Shown: positions 9,892 through 19,431, counted from the stretch's first letter. The stretch: DNA of 64,000 bases from Promethearchaeota archaeon (GCA_014728035.1 WJMJ01000059.1:311758-375757); one strand, 5' to 3'. A program made the numbers and translations. Notes: generated by a model not told the origin, from the letters alone.

Positions 9892-10614
9892 ATGCCATTT
9901 GATGAAAAAGACGAAACTCCTGAAGATAGATTTCTTGGATTTGCAATCCCCATTGGGATACTCTTTATTGTGCTCCTTGCTACCGGAGTCATTTGGTTAC
10001 TCATTCCTATTGTGATACTACTTCTTATTTTCATTTCAAATATGTATGAAGAACGGCAGATGCTCTCAGCTCAACATAACATGGATCATTGGGTTGCTCC
10101 TGGAGAAGAAACCTTGTCTTCTGGAACTCGTTCAAGTGGAGCAAGTAAGAAACCTATCTTTGACAGAAAAAAGCAGAAAGAAGAGGGAATTACATGTGGA
10201 ACTTTTATCCCAATTGTGATAATTGGTTGGTTGTATGTTGTTACAACCTCTTGGATTTTTCTAATTCCTCTTTTTGTGTTGTTAGCTTCACTTGTTGGAG
10301 ACCTCGCAAAGCGAACTCAGACCTCTTCAGAAGTTCGTGAGAAACTAGAACGCAGTGAGGGACAATCAATACCTGAAATTGCAGATCGGACTGGTGTTCC
10401 TGAAGAACGCGTTAGACGTGTTATTGTTGAGGACAAGCGTCGTGGTGAATCTGATATTTGGTTCGATCCAGAAACCGGAAGTCGTACTTCTTCACCTGTT
10501 AGTGTAGTAGAGCCTTCTGCTAGTACTAGAACCGGTTGCGTTTATTGTGGTTTCGCACTTAAGGAATCTGATAGATTCTGCCCATACTGCGGAGCTCCCA
10601 TAATGGCTCGTTAG
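9892..10614 (+). CDS. Membrane protein with HTH and C-terminal zinc ribbon
   Basis: Two similar TM hairpins, SIPEIADRTGVPEERVRR HTH, CVYCG...CPYCG. Confidence 0.75.
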   Translation: MPFDEKDETPEDRFLGFAIPIGILFIVLLATGVIWLLIPIVILLLIFISNMYEERQMLSAQHNMDHWVAPGEETLSSGTRSSGASKKPIFDRKKQKEEGITCGTFIPIVIIGWLYVVTTSWIFLIPLFVLLASLVGDLAKRTQTSSEVREKLERSEGQSIPEIADRTGVPEERVRRVIVEDKRRGESDIWFDPETGSRTSSPVSVVEPSASTRTGCVYCGFALKESDRFCPYCGAPIMAR

Positions 10615-10730
10615 TTGTTGAAAGGAAGATGGATCTGTCTTCCATCTCATCTATTTTGAATATCAATGCAATAATTTATAAGCTATTAACAATTGTTAAA
10701 TTAGATGAGAAATCTTTTGGTGGTTAGGAT

Positions 10731-11534
10731 ATGAACTCTATCAATCCAAAAATACTACAAATAATCAACTTCATAGCAGTTGTTGCTACAATTGTATTCA
10801 ATCTTCTAGTAAATATTATTCCTCTAAATGGGGTTTACACTGGAGATGTGGCCAATTCGTATCCCAATTTCTTTACACCCCCTGGTTGGGTGTTTTCAAT
10901 TTGGGGTGTCATATACATACTGTTAATCACTTTTGCAGTCTATCAGGTTCGCTCAAATCAGACGGAAGAACCCTATATTCAAAAAATAGGCCTACTCTAT
11001 CTGTTCAATGCTATCGCTAACATAGGCTGGCTAATAATATTCCATTATTCATTTGGAAATCCGGGACTCTTTCTCTGGTCAGTTGTTCCTATTGTGTTGC
11101 TTTTGGTCATCTTACTATTGACATATGTGCAACTTAGCATTGGCCTGGAAGAGGTCCCTCTGAAACAGAAACTTGCAGTTCATCTGCCAATAAGTGTATA
11201 TGCTGGCTGGATCTCTCTTGCAACTATTGCCAACATCGCATCAGCTCTGAATGTACTAATTCCAGGCATTCCTGCCGATCTTCAGCATCTTTGGACAGCA
11301 GCTGTGATTATCATCGCACTTCTGATTACCTTCCTTATGCTGTATCTCCGTCATGACATTGCCTTCTCTCTTGTCGTGATCTGGGCGGGATTTGGTATTG
11401 CAATGAAACAGATGGCGATTCCAATAATCTTTGGAACCGCAATTGCTGCAATATCTATAGTAGCTCTACTGATTATCATTCTACCGTTCATTCGCAAGCA
11501 GAGTTTTGTAGATTACTATCTAGTTCGATCTTGA
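10731..11534 (+). CDS. Tryptophan-rich sensory (TspO-like) membrane protein
   Basis: FTPPGWVFSIWGVIY, SVYAGWISLATIAN. Confidence 0.8.
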   Translation: MNSINPKILQIINFIAVVATIVFNLLVNIIPLNGVYTGDVANSYPNFFTPPGWVFSIWGVIYILLITFAVYQVRSNQTEEPYIQKIGLLYLFNAIANIGWLIIFHYSFGNPGLFLWSVVPIVLLLVILLLTYVQLSIGLEEVPLKQKLAVHLPISVYAGWISLATIANIASALNVLIPGIPADLQHLWTAAVIIIALLITFLMLYLRHDIAFSLVVIWAGFGIAMKQMAIPIIFGTAIAAISIVALLIIILPFIRKQSFVDYYLVRS

Positions 11535-11543
11535 TTTACTATT

Positions 11544-11571
11544 GCGGTAGCTTCCAGCTGCCGCTTTTTTT
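11544..11571 (+). terminator. Hairpin plus poly-T terminator
   Basis: gcggtagct-tcc-agctgccgc followed by T7. Confidence 0.75.
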
Positions 11572-11573
11572 CT

Positions 11574-12350
11574 TTATGTTTCTTCTATAGAAAATGTTCC
11601 GACTTTGGGATTCTCTTCGAATCTCCAAGAGCCTGTTTTTCCAACTTTTCTAGCTCCAAGTTCTGTGTGTAACATAGCAATACCACAGTCCAGTCTTTTT
11701 GAGAGTTTCAAGTCAAATTTACCATCAAAGGAAATGGTAATTGCTGAGTTTGAAAAACTGAATCTCCATGGCTGGCGATTTATTGCAGATGGTGCCAATC
11801 TTGCCGCATGTATGGCTACCTTCTGCCACTCGCTAATCACACCTTTGGAATCTAGAATCAAATCATCAACTGACTTTCTCTTGTGGTCAACATAATGCCC
11901 GATTGTATCATTCTTTTTGTCTGCAATTCCAACAGGCGAGATGCCAATAACTCTTTCATCTGATCCAAGTGCAGTAACTTCATTTGTTTTATCTGAATGG
12001 AAGAAACCTGTAATCCAACATGTGTTTAGCCCGAGTGCTGTTGCCTCAAGTATCGCTGCTTCTCCAATATATCCCATTACAACCTGATGTTCTTGTTCTT
12101 TTTGATCCACTATAAATTTCATATAGTGTGGAGCATTCTTAACTTTGAAAATTGGGCCAATTATTCCCTTAAACGGATCTATCTCCGGTTCTCGAACTAA
12201 TTCAATTCTAGCTCCGGGAAATGGTCTAAAATCTGTACATATTTTTTGTAACTTGTCTAATTTTTGGTCTTCGACTCTTTCTCCATTATACTTTCTTTGA
12301 GAATGGCGAAGAGGTATCGCATTAAACCATCTTTCAACTGGTATCTTCAT
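11574..12350 (-). CDS. Nitroreductase-family protein (two-domain, TM1586-like)
   Basis: RHSQRKY, LGLNTCWI, ARLAPSAINRQPWRF, DCGIAMLH. Confidence 0.85.
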   Translation of the reverse strand: MKIPVERWFNAIPLRHSQRKYNGERVEDQKLDKLQKICTDFRPFPGARIELVREPEIDPFKGIIGPIFKVKNAPHYMKFIVDQKEQEHQVVMGYIGEAAILEATALGLNTCWITGFFHSDKTNEVTALGSDERVIGISPVGIADKKNDTIGHYVDHKRKSVDDLILDSKGVISEWQKVAIHAARLAPSAINRQPWRFSFSNSAITISFDGKFDLKLSKRLDCGIAMLHTELGARKVGKTGSWRFEENPKVGTFSIEET

Positions 12351-12961
12351 GTTCTGATTCTCGGTAATAACATAGGTACCTCATCCTTATACTCTTGGTA
12401 AGCGGAACCGAACTCGCGAACCATCTCTCTCTCCTCTATCATGCACAATAGGATATTCACCAATATGATAGGAATAGTAGCATACAACGCACTTTCAGCC
12501 TGGAATATTAAGACGATTCCAATGTGTGCCAAGATTCCGCCTATATACTGTGGATGCCTTACTCTAGAATATATCCCAGTTGATACGACTTCTGTCGGAT
12601 GATGTGTTTCAGCAACCTCAATTCCCATCTCTCGAACACCTGCGATGCCTAAATATGCTCCTGGGATTACAAATACAATTCCAAGTATGAGATGATGTAA
12701 GATTAGCTGTAATCCAAATACGGTGATGATTATTGGCTCTAATCCTATATCTAGATAGAATCTCGGTTGAGGTGCTAACCAGATGCCAAACCAGAAGCCA
12801 AAGAATCCCCACCCAGACAACATGCCTAAAGCATTTCCAATCTTTTCTCCCGTTTCTTTACCAAATCTATCTCTCAAGGCAATATGTCTGACCGATATAT
12901 AGTGAAATGGTACCATCAACACCATTCCAACAAGAAAGATTTCAAACCACATTTCACTCAC
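12347..12961 (-). CDS. Isoprenylcysteine carboxylmethyltransferase (ICMT/PEMT) family protein
   Basis: TGIYSRVRHPQY, EEREMVREFGSAYQEY. Confidence 0.88.
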   Translation of the reverse strand: MSEMWFEIFLVGMVLMVPFHYISVRHIALRDRFGKETGEKIGNALGMLSGWGFFGFWFGIWLAPQPRFYLDIGLEPIIITVFGLQLILHHLILGIVFVIPGAYLGIAGVREMGIEVAETHHPTEVVSTGIYSRVRHPQYIGGILAHIGIVLIFQAESALYATIPIILVNILLCMIEEREMVREFGSAYQEYKDEVPMLLPRIRT

Positions 12962-13036
12962 ATTCTACAGATGCAATACATTGCTCTAGAGCATTCTTCA
13001 TTAACCAAGAATACCTATGATATCTTGGTGAAACCT

Positions 13037-13333
13037 ATGCCAAAAGTCTACCGAATAATTGCCAAGGTTCATGAATTACGAGAAGATGCTGGAAACGGTC
13101 CCTGCAAGCTATACACTGTAGGTGATGAATTCGACCTGTCCAAATCAGAGGAGCGAGCCAAAATATGTCGTTGGGCATTTAATTCGATGTTCCCATTCTT
13201 ATCTGTTATGGAGTTCGATGGAACGTTACCTTGGGAGCCCGACTCCGATAAAGCATACATTTCTTGCCCTGATCCACATAATGTAGTCGTGTTTGAGCTC
13301 AGGAGAGAAGGTGAATTCCAACCTGAAGATTAA
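13037..13333 (+). CDS. TIGR04076-family protein (second copy)
   Basis: GPC...VGDEF, KIC, LPW, SCPDPHNVVVFEL; GGTGA RBS before ATG 13037. Confidence 0.78.
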   Translation: MPKVYRIIAKVHELREDAGNGPCKLYTVGDEFDLSKSEERAKICRWAFNSMFPFLSVMEFDGTLPWEPDSDKAYISCPDPHNVVVFELRREGEFQPED

Positions 13334-13422
13334 AGGTTCTGTAATTTGATGTAATCCAATGCACTGAAATAAAGCTATATACATCCACATCAAGTACGTC
13401 ATACCTAGAGGTGTAATATCTT

Positions 13423-13692
13423 ATGGCTTTTGCAGGTGGTGCAGCAGGTGGCTCAACCGCTGCTGCTACAATGCACACTAGTTCTTATCGTGTGAAGTTC
13501 AAAAAGAGGGAATTTCTAGAACTCGTTGAGATTGCCCGTCCTGATGTTATTTACCATGTTGGACGAATCCATTTCTTTGCGTATGACGGTTTTGTTATGT
13601 ATACATTCGAAGGCGAAACAGACTATTTCAGACAAAAGGGAATCACAGTAATTGAGGCAATCGAGTTCTCAAACACTCAGTGGGCTGAATAG
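13423..13692 (+). CDS. Small hypothetical protein with Ala/Gly-rich N-terminus
   Basis: GAGGTG RBS, upstream TATA, downstream T-tract. Confidence 0.75.
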   Translation: MAFAGGAAGGSTAAATMHTSSYRVKFKKREFLELVEIARPDVIYHVGRIHFFAYDGFVMYTFEGETDYFRQKGITVIEAIEFSNTQWAE

Positions 13693-13768
13693 ATTCTCCC
13701 TCCCCCACTTTTTTTCATTGCGTAAGGCTATTAACTGGTTGCTCGTCGCCCTATCATAGTGGTCTGAT

Positions 13769-14722
13769 ATGACAAGGATACTAGTGACAGGCAGTTATGG
13801 CCAGATTGGTACAGAACTAATAGAAGCCCTACGAGCCAAATACGGTGGAGAGAACATTATTGCAACAGGTCGGAAGAAACCTCCAGAAATTCTTCGAGAA
13901 GACGGTCCGTACTATCGGCTTGATGTGCTAGATGTGGACCACCTCCACAATATGCTTGTAGACTATGACATCGATATTATTCTTCACAATGCCTCTGTGT
14001 TATCTGCTGTTGGTGAAAAGAATCCTCAGCTTGCATACCGTACAAATGTTGAAGGGTCTTACAATGTTCTTGAGGCAGCACGAATACTCAAATTGGACCA
14101 GGTAATGATTCCAAGCTCAATTGCAGCTTTTGGTCCTAGCACACCAAAAGAGAATACACCTAATGATGTGATAATGCGCCCTACTTCTGCTTATGGTGTC
14201 ACTAAAGTCTTCATAGAGCTATGGGGAGAGTACTACACGCAACGTTATGATGTAGATTTCCGTTCTCTTCGTTATCCTGGAATCATTAGCTCTGAGGCTT
14301 TACCCGGTGGCGGAACAACTGATTATGCTGTGGAAATTTTCTACGAAGCGTTGAAGAACAAAAAATACACCAGCTTTCTTGCTAAAGATGCTATGCTTCC
14401 GATGATGTACATGCCTGATTGCATCAAGTCAACAATTGACCTTATCGAGGCAGATAAGAAGAGTCTTGATCATCAGAGTTTCAATGTGACCGCGATGAGC
14501 TTCACTCCTGAAGATATCGCTGCTGAGATTAAGAAGCACATCCCTGATTTTGAGATTAGTTATGAGCCTGATTTCAGACAGAAGATTGCAGAGTCATGGC
14601 CTAGATCTATTGATGATTCTACAGCTCGTGAAGAATGGGGTTGGTCCCCTGATTACGACCTTGAAGCTATGACCAAGGATATGCTTGAGAAACTCTCCAA
14701 GCGTCTTGGTATCAAATATTAG
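13769..14722 (+). CDS. tdh: L-threonine 3-dehydrogenase (extended SDR)
   Basis: TGSYGQIG, LSAVGEKNP, SSIAAFG, YGVTK, PGGGTTDYAV. Confidence 0.88.
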   Translation: MTRILVTGSYGQIGTELIEALRAKYGGENIIATGRKKPPEILREDGPYYRLDVLDVDHLHNMLVDYDIDIILHNASVLSAVGEKNPQLAYRTNVEGSYNVLEAARILKLDQVMIPSSIAAFGPSTPKENTPNDVIMRPTSAYGVTKVFIELWGEYYTQRYDVDFRSLRYPGIISSEALPGGGTTDYAVEIFYEALKNKKYTSFLAKDAMLPMMYMPDCIKSTIDLIEADKKSLDHQSFNVTAMSFTPEDIAAEIKKHIPDFEISYEPDFRQKIAESWPRSIDDSTAREEWGWSPDYDLEAMTKDMLEKLSKRLGIKY

Positions 14723-14730
14723 ATGTGTAT

Positions 14731-14771
14731 AGTGATGTGCCTGAATTGGTTCATCACTTATCTCTCTTTTT
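14731..14771 (+). terminator. Putative tdh terminator
   Basis: agtgatg...catcact stem followed by a pyrimidine/T tract. Confidence 0.5.
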
Positions 14772-14986
14772 CGGGAAGCTTCGTTCTATTTTTGATGCGT
14801 TCTAATAATGATGAATGCAAGATTACACCCGCAACCGCCCGCAACCCTCGGCATAACATGGTGTTATCCGTATGACATTCCAAATTGCCAGTAAGACTTC
14901 GGCACTGAATCTGATGTAGATATCCAATAAAATCGAGAACCGTTGTAATCCCTATCAGATGAAATTTTCCATCTTTTATGAATTGC

Positions 14987-15023
14987 AAAAAGAGTTAGGC
15001 CAGCGAGATATTAACCTCGCTGG
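14987..15023 (-). terminator. Terminator of the CPBP gene
   Basis: ccagcgag-N8-ctcgctgg stem, then ctttttg on the minus strand. Confidence 0.6.
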
Positions 15024-15048
15024 ATTAAGCAAGCAGCTCATTCATACG

Positions 15049-16164
15049 TTATTGTTCTGGATATGTTGTTAACGACATTTCAGTTCGTGATTTCATGATT
15101 GACAGTATGAAGAAGATTGCAGCGACTGTAATATAGCTCGCAACGAGAATGATAACGTATGTCATAATCATCTCAGCTGTGAGAAGTTCGCCTCCTAGGA
15201 TTATGATTACTGCAAGTTCTATCAGTGGTAGGAGAGTGATACCTACCAGGTAAATGACAATCATAATAACAAATGCTAAGGTCTTAACATTCTCAAGGTT
15301 CTCTGTCACTTTCGAAATCCACTGGCCCAGTTTCTTGTATGCCATATATGCTCCAATTGGTAGCATAACTAGATAGACCACTCCAACAAATATGATAGCG
15401 ACTATTAGTGATGCACTCAGAGTTCCAATATACGCTACGAAAGCTATTCCATTCATGACAGCATGGATGATTATTGGATATACTACATTTCTCGTCATGA
15501 CATATACGATTCCTATGAAGAATCCTATAATGAATACACCTACAAAGTGTTGGATTGCTCCAGGAACATTTCCGTTCAACAGGTCTAGTGGTACATGTGC
15601 CAATGCAAAAAGCAATGTAGAACCTACTATCGCCTCGCCCTCATGCATCCCTCTCTCTTCCATTAAGGGGATAGCAGTTCTTCTGTAAAGCAGTTCTTCA
15701 AAAAGTGGGGCTCCTACACATCCAACTGCAAAGAATACTATTACATTCATAGGATCTGCAAGATGCTCTTCTTCTAGATAGAGAACACCTGTATATCCAC
15801 TTTCTGAAACAAGTCCAAGTGACAAAAAGATAAGCAATATGACCAAATTTGCAATGAATGCAATAGTCATTATTATCGGAATACTAAGAAATGTGCGTTT
15901 GAATCCTTCAGAGCTAAGAGGATTATTCTTTACATCTCTGAGACCGAGCATAGGTATAAACAATACCCCAATAACTATTGCTGCTATCAGCTGACCTACT
16001 AATGCAGTCTGGAGAGATCGAATGATGCTCTCGTCAGAAAGGATTGGTATGCTCAAGTTGATTCCAAGGAGTATCAGTTGCACAATCGAGAGTAATGTTG
16101 AACCTGCAACCAAAACAGCAGCAGGTACAAAAAACCGTAATGCCTTTCCATCCTGATTTTCCAT
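15049..16164 (-). CDS. CPBP (CAAX/Abi) intramembrane metalloprotease
   Basis: EELLYR, FALAH, HAVMN motifs. Confidence 0.88.
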   Translation of the reverse strand: MENQDGKALRFFVPAAVLVAGSTLLSIVQLILLGINLSIPILSDESIIRSLQTALVGQLIAAIVIGVLFIPMLGLRDVKNNPLSSEGFKRTFLSIPIIMTIAFIANLVILLIFLSLGLVSESGYTGVLYLEEEHLADPMNVIVFFAVGCVGAPLFEELLYRRTAIPLMEERGMHEGEAIVGSTLLFALAHVPLDLLNGNVPGAIQHFVGVFIIGFFIGIVYVMTRNVVYPIIIHAVMNGIAFVAYIGTLSASLIVAIIFVGVVYLVMLPIGAYMAYKKLGQWISKVTENLENVKTLAFVIMIVIYLVGITLLPLIELAVIIILGGELLTAEMIMTYVIILVASYITVAAIFFILSIMKSRTEMSLTTYPEQ

Positions 16165-16237
16165 TATCCTTCAATCCTTGAAATCCCGATACCACAAGGC
16201 TTAATCAGTCTTCTTTACAGTGCAGTTTGATACACAA

Positions 16238-17524
16238 CTAACTGTTCATTTGTTCTAACTGTATCCATATGAGTTCAGCTAGACTTGTACCACCAAATTC
16301 TTCCATTTCCACTTCCCTACTCATATTCTCCCATGCATGATTTCCATAGATGAGTTTTAGCAATGCAACCTCGGTTTCATCATCCCCCTCAGAATACCGC
16401 CACAATTCAATACGATTATTGTTGCTGACTTGGACTGATGGTGTTTCTGAACAATTATTGGCATTTAACCAGAACTGAATCGAATAGTTAACTGACAGGT
16501 CAACTCTATCTGCCAAGAATCCCTTCTCTCCTTTTCCTCCCTCATACAACACCTGTTCATCCAATACTCCATGAACATGAAGTATCGAAAGTGGATCAGA
16601 CGGTTGTGGAATTACATACAGATCGCTGTCCTCTGTCATTCTTCCTCCTACACTTCCAGAAACGGGAGCTATTGCAGTCAGTATTTCTGAATGTTCAGCT
16701 GCAAATCGGTAGGTCATCATTGCTCCGTTGGAATGCCCTGTCATGTAAATCTTTGATTGGTTTACCTTGTATGTTGCAATAAGATCCTGTATCAGATGAT
16801 AAAGAAATGAAACATCACTAGCATTATTCTTGTACGCATATGCATCAATATATCCTGAGTTCCATGTGTGGAATTGATATTCCATATCTCCTAACCCGTC
16901 TGGATATACTACTATGAATCCATATTCATCTGCAATTGTATCAAATCCATACGAGTTCTTCATACTCTTAGCATTGCCTCCTCCGCCATGAAGAGCTAAA
17001 AGTAATGGAATGTCACCCAGTTCGTTATAATTTTCTGGCAGATGTAGGAGATACTGTCGTTGTGTTTCTCCAATGGTTATGTAGCTATAACCAGTAGACT
17101 GTGAACGAAGTGTTGCAAACAGTGGGAGTAAAATTAACAGACCAATTATGGAAATAGCAATCAAACGATTTCGTTTAAGTTTAGATTTATTCCCGTACAT
17201 TATTAGAAAAGCGCCTATAATTCCAAGAATTGTGCCAAGGAATATCCCTGTACCAATCAATACTCCCCATATTGCTGAAAGAATAATGATGATTGGCCCC
17301 ATCATACTCCATCTCGTAGATAGTATTGTACCTAATATCACAAGAATACCGAAAAGCATACCACCTATCGCTAGAATAATACCTGTAGATGGCATTATAG
17401 TGGCAAGTAATAGACCGAAATAGGTGAATCTTAGCCCATTGAGAAGGAGAAGGATACCTCCGACAATAGCAGTTATCCCTCCTAATCTGATGAATCGACT
17501 TGTTTCTTCAGAATTTACACTCAT
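16238..17524 (-). CDS. Membrane-anchored LpqC/PHB-depolymerase-like esterase
   Basis: N-terminal TMs, LALHGGGG, VVYPDG, GHSNGAMM nucleophile elbow, HGVLD, GNHAW. Confidence 0.85.
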   Translation of the reverse strand: MSVNSEETSRFIRLGGITAIVGGILLLLNGLRFTYFGLLLATIMPSTGIILAIGGMLFGILVILGTILSTRWSMMGPIIIILSAIWGVLIGTGIFLGTILGIIGAFLIMYGNKSKLKRNRLIAISIIGLLILLPLFATLRSQSTGYSYITIGETQRQYLLHLPENYNELGDIPLLLALHGGGGNAKSMKNSYGFDTIADEYGFIVVYPDGLGDMEYQFHTWNSGYIDAYAYKNNASDVSFLYHLIQDLIATYKVNQSKIYMTGHSNGAMMTYRFAAEHSEILTAIAPVSGSVGGRMTEDSDLYVIPQPSDPLSILHVHGVLDEQVLYEGGKGEKGFLADRVDLSVNYSIQFWLNANNCSETPSVQVSNNNRIELWRYSEGDDETEVALLKLIYGNHAWENMSREVEMEEFGGTSLAELIWIQLEQMNS

Positions 17525-17576
17525 ATCTCCTGATCCTCTCTGATATGAATAGGCGTTATGGATGATTAATACTCTG

Positions 17577-18026
17577 TTATTCGTTTTCAATAATTGGACG
17601 AATGCTGCTAGGTGTAGTCAATCCTCTAACCTCGACTATTCTGGCACCAAATCCACCAATTAATCCTGCAAATAACCATGTGAGATATGCTGTATCAAAT
17701 CCAAACACAGATGAAATTGTAGATATGGAAAGTGCACTGAAAACGATAACATCAGCAAAGAGTGTCAAGCCCGCAAACAACAAACCCGCAATCATTCCCT
17801 TTACAAGTGCACAGATTTGAAATTTTAGACTACATCCTCCCCCAACTAGATTTTTGTATATGATTGGAGCTGTCATTAGTACTAATATGATTGGAATCAC
17901 CCACCGAAGCTGTATTAGTAGAGTGGATACTGAAGATAATACGATGCTCAAAAAATAAATTGGAACCCAGTAGACGGGAACCCAAAACCATGTTCTAATC
18001 TCATCCAAGTAACTCATTCTCTTCAC
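17577..18026 (-). CDS. Hypothetical 4-TM membrane protein
   Basis: Hydrophobic ORF with GGGCSLKFQIC motif. Confidence 0.7.
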   Translation of the reverse strand: MKRMSYLDEIRTWFWVPVYWVPIYFLSIVLSSVSTLLIQLRWVIPIILVLMTAPIIYKNLVGGGCSLKFQICALVKGMIAGLLFAGLTLFADVIVFSALSISTISSVFGFDTAYLTWLFAGLIGGFGARIVEVRGLTTPSSIRPIIENE

Positions 18027-18080
18027 TGTAACAGTTTTCTTTTTTCTATTGATTACTTCTTGGGTATGGTCTCGTTTTAC

Positions 18081-18099
18081 TAGTCACAAATTGTGACTA
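18081..18099. promoter_or_regulatory. 19-bp palindromic operator
   Basis: TAGTCACAA-A-TTGTGACTA between divergent transcription units. Confidence 0.65.
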
Positions 18100-18129
18100 C
18101 TTCCAGTGTCCTATAATCGTGGCTTTCCA

Positions 18130-18136
18130 TTATATA
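18130..18136 (+). promoter_or_regulatory. TATA box of the small-peptide operon
   Basis: TTATATA about 32-38 nt upstream of ATG 18168. Confidence 0.55.
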
Positions 18137-18167
18137 CTGATTCTGAGTAGTAATCTTGTGAACAATC

Positions 18168-18272
18168 ATGGCGTTAGCGATTAACTCCCGACCCAACTCA
18201 GAGACGAAGAACATCACCTGCAAGAAGCAGAGTACCAAGGCACTCGCATATGCTTACACCTACCGGAGGTAG
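18168..18272 (+). CDS. Small basic peptide 1 (34 aa) MALAINSRPNSETKNITCKKQSTKALAYAYTYRR
   Basis: ATG after TATA; paralogous to the next sORF; 3' end carries GGAGGT RBS for the next ORF. Confidence 0.65.
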   Translation: MALAINSRPNSETKNITCKKQSTKALAYAYTYRR

Positions 18273-18278
18273 AACACA

Positions 18279-18362
18279 ATGGCGGTATCCAAGATTAAGA
18301 TCATCAAGGCAACCAAAACTCCCTCAACCAAGGCTATCACTGATGCCTACTTCAGGAGGTAA
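18279..18362 (+). CDS. Small basic peptide 2 (27 aa) MAVSKIKIIKATKTPSTKAITDAYFRR
   Basis: GGAGGT RBS 8 nt before ATG; shares STKAxxxAY..RR with peptide 1. Confidence 0.72.
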   Translation: MAVSKIKIIKATKTPSTKAITDAYFRR

Positions 18363-18367
18363 TATCG

Positions 18368-18472
18368 ATGAAGCCTAGCGTTGAAGATATTCTATCAATT
18401 CCCACTCACCAAGACTCTAGCAAGAGCGGTGACCTAGCTACAAGCGAAGTGCTCGCGTTGGAAGCAACCTGA
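18368..18472 (+). CDS. Small acidic peptide 3 (34 aa) MKPSVEDILSIPTHQDSSKSGDLATSEVLALEAT
   Basis: AGGAGGT RBS 7 nt before ATG; followed by T-rich sequence. Confidence 0.65.
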   Translation: MKPSVEDILSIPTHQDSSKSGDLATSEVLALEAT

Positions 18473-18654
18473 GCACACACTCTTTCAATTTACTCTATCC
18501 TTCGGACCTTATTCAATAGATATAATTCTGAATAGTGTATTAGAAAAGAGGTTGAATTGTTTATAATTAATTATTCCGACCAACTCATTGAAGAATTATT
18601 TTGGAAGTTGACTTATAAAATACAAATAGTTCAATGTAATGTGATTCTCGAACA

Positions 18655-19377
18655 ATGCCCGATCAAGATAATCGCCCAATCGCATTGGATGTCTATGAAG
18701 AGATTGCAGAAAGCTATGCTGCAAAGGTGGATACCAAAGCGCATAACGCATTTATCGACTGGCCTGCAGTAACATCTTTACTTCCAAATCTGAACGACAT
18801 TCTCGTATTAGATGTTGGTTCTGGGCCTGGAAGATATGCTGAATATCTCCTTGAAAATAGTGCAAAAGTAGTAAGCATTGATGTAAGCTCTAATATGCTC
18901 AGGTTGGCACGTAGAAGAGTAAGGGAGCAGTCAAATTTCATCAGAGCTGATATCGAGTATAATCTTCCGTTCTTGAATTCAGATATCTTTGACTTGGTTC
19001 TTTGCCCCTTGGTTCTTGACTATATTTATGACTGGCATAAGACGTTCAGAAGATTTTCCGAACTTCTGAAAAAAGACGGGCTATTGATTTTTTCTGCTGG
19101 ACATCCATTTGATAAAGCATTCATTCGTTCTAAGCGTGAATACTTCTTGGTCAAAAGAATGGAATATCCCTGGAGTGGTTTTGGAAAGCGTGTTATGATG
19201 CAATATTACCATCGTCCTTTGTCTGACATGATTGGTGCACTTCACAGCTCTGGGTTTATTATTGAAGAGCTTCTCGAACCACGACCTATTAAGGAATGCA
19301 AGCAAATGGACCCTGAAACATACGAAGAGTCTAATTCATGGCCGAGTTTTATCTGCATCAAAGCACGTAACAGTTGA
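18655..19377 (+). CDS. Class I SAM-dependent methyltransferase
   Basis: VLDVGSGPG, IDVSSNML, FDLVLCPLVLDY. Confidence 0.9.
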   Translation: MPDQDNRPIALDVYEEIAESYAAKVDTKAHNAFIDWPAVTSLLPNLNDILVLDVGSGPGRYAEYLLENSAKVVSIDVSSNMLRLARRRVREQSNFIRADIEYNLPFLNSDIFDLVLCPLVLDYIYDWHKTFRRFSELLKKDGLLIFSAGHPFDKAFIRSKREYFLVKRMEYPWSGFGKRVMMQYYHRPLSDMIGALHSSGFIIEELLEPRPIKECKQMDPETYEESNSWPSFICIKARNS

Positions 19378-19431
19378 CAAAACATCTGTAAGTTTATTAA
19401 CTACAGAGAAAAATCGCGCTGAGGAGTTGCT

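Noticed and set aside
12347-12961. ICMT plus CAAX proteases as a prenylation pathway for the two small GTPases
   Set aside because: Neither GTPase has a C-terminal Cys, and both enzyme families are widespread in prokaryotes
14808-14915. SECIS, C/D-box sRNA or integron attC interpretation of the structured island
   Set aside because: ATGA/CTGA, ATGATGA and GCATAAC motifs are present, but spacing and pairing fit none of these models, and no selenoprotein or integrase is adjacent
14758-14988. 76-aa minus-strand ORF
   Set aside because: TTG start sits within a terminator T-tract, there is no RBS and no recognisable motif
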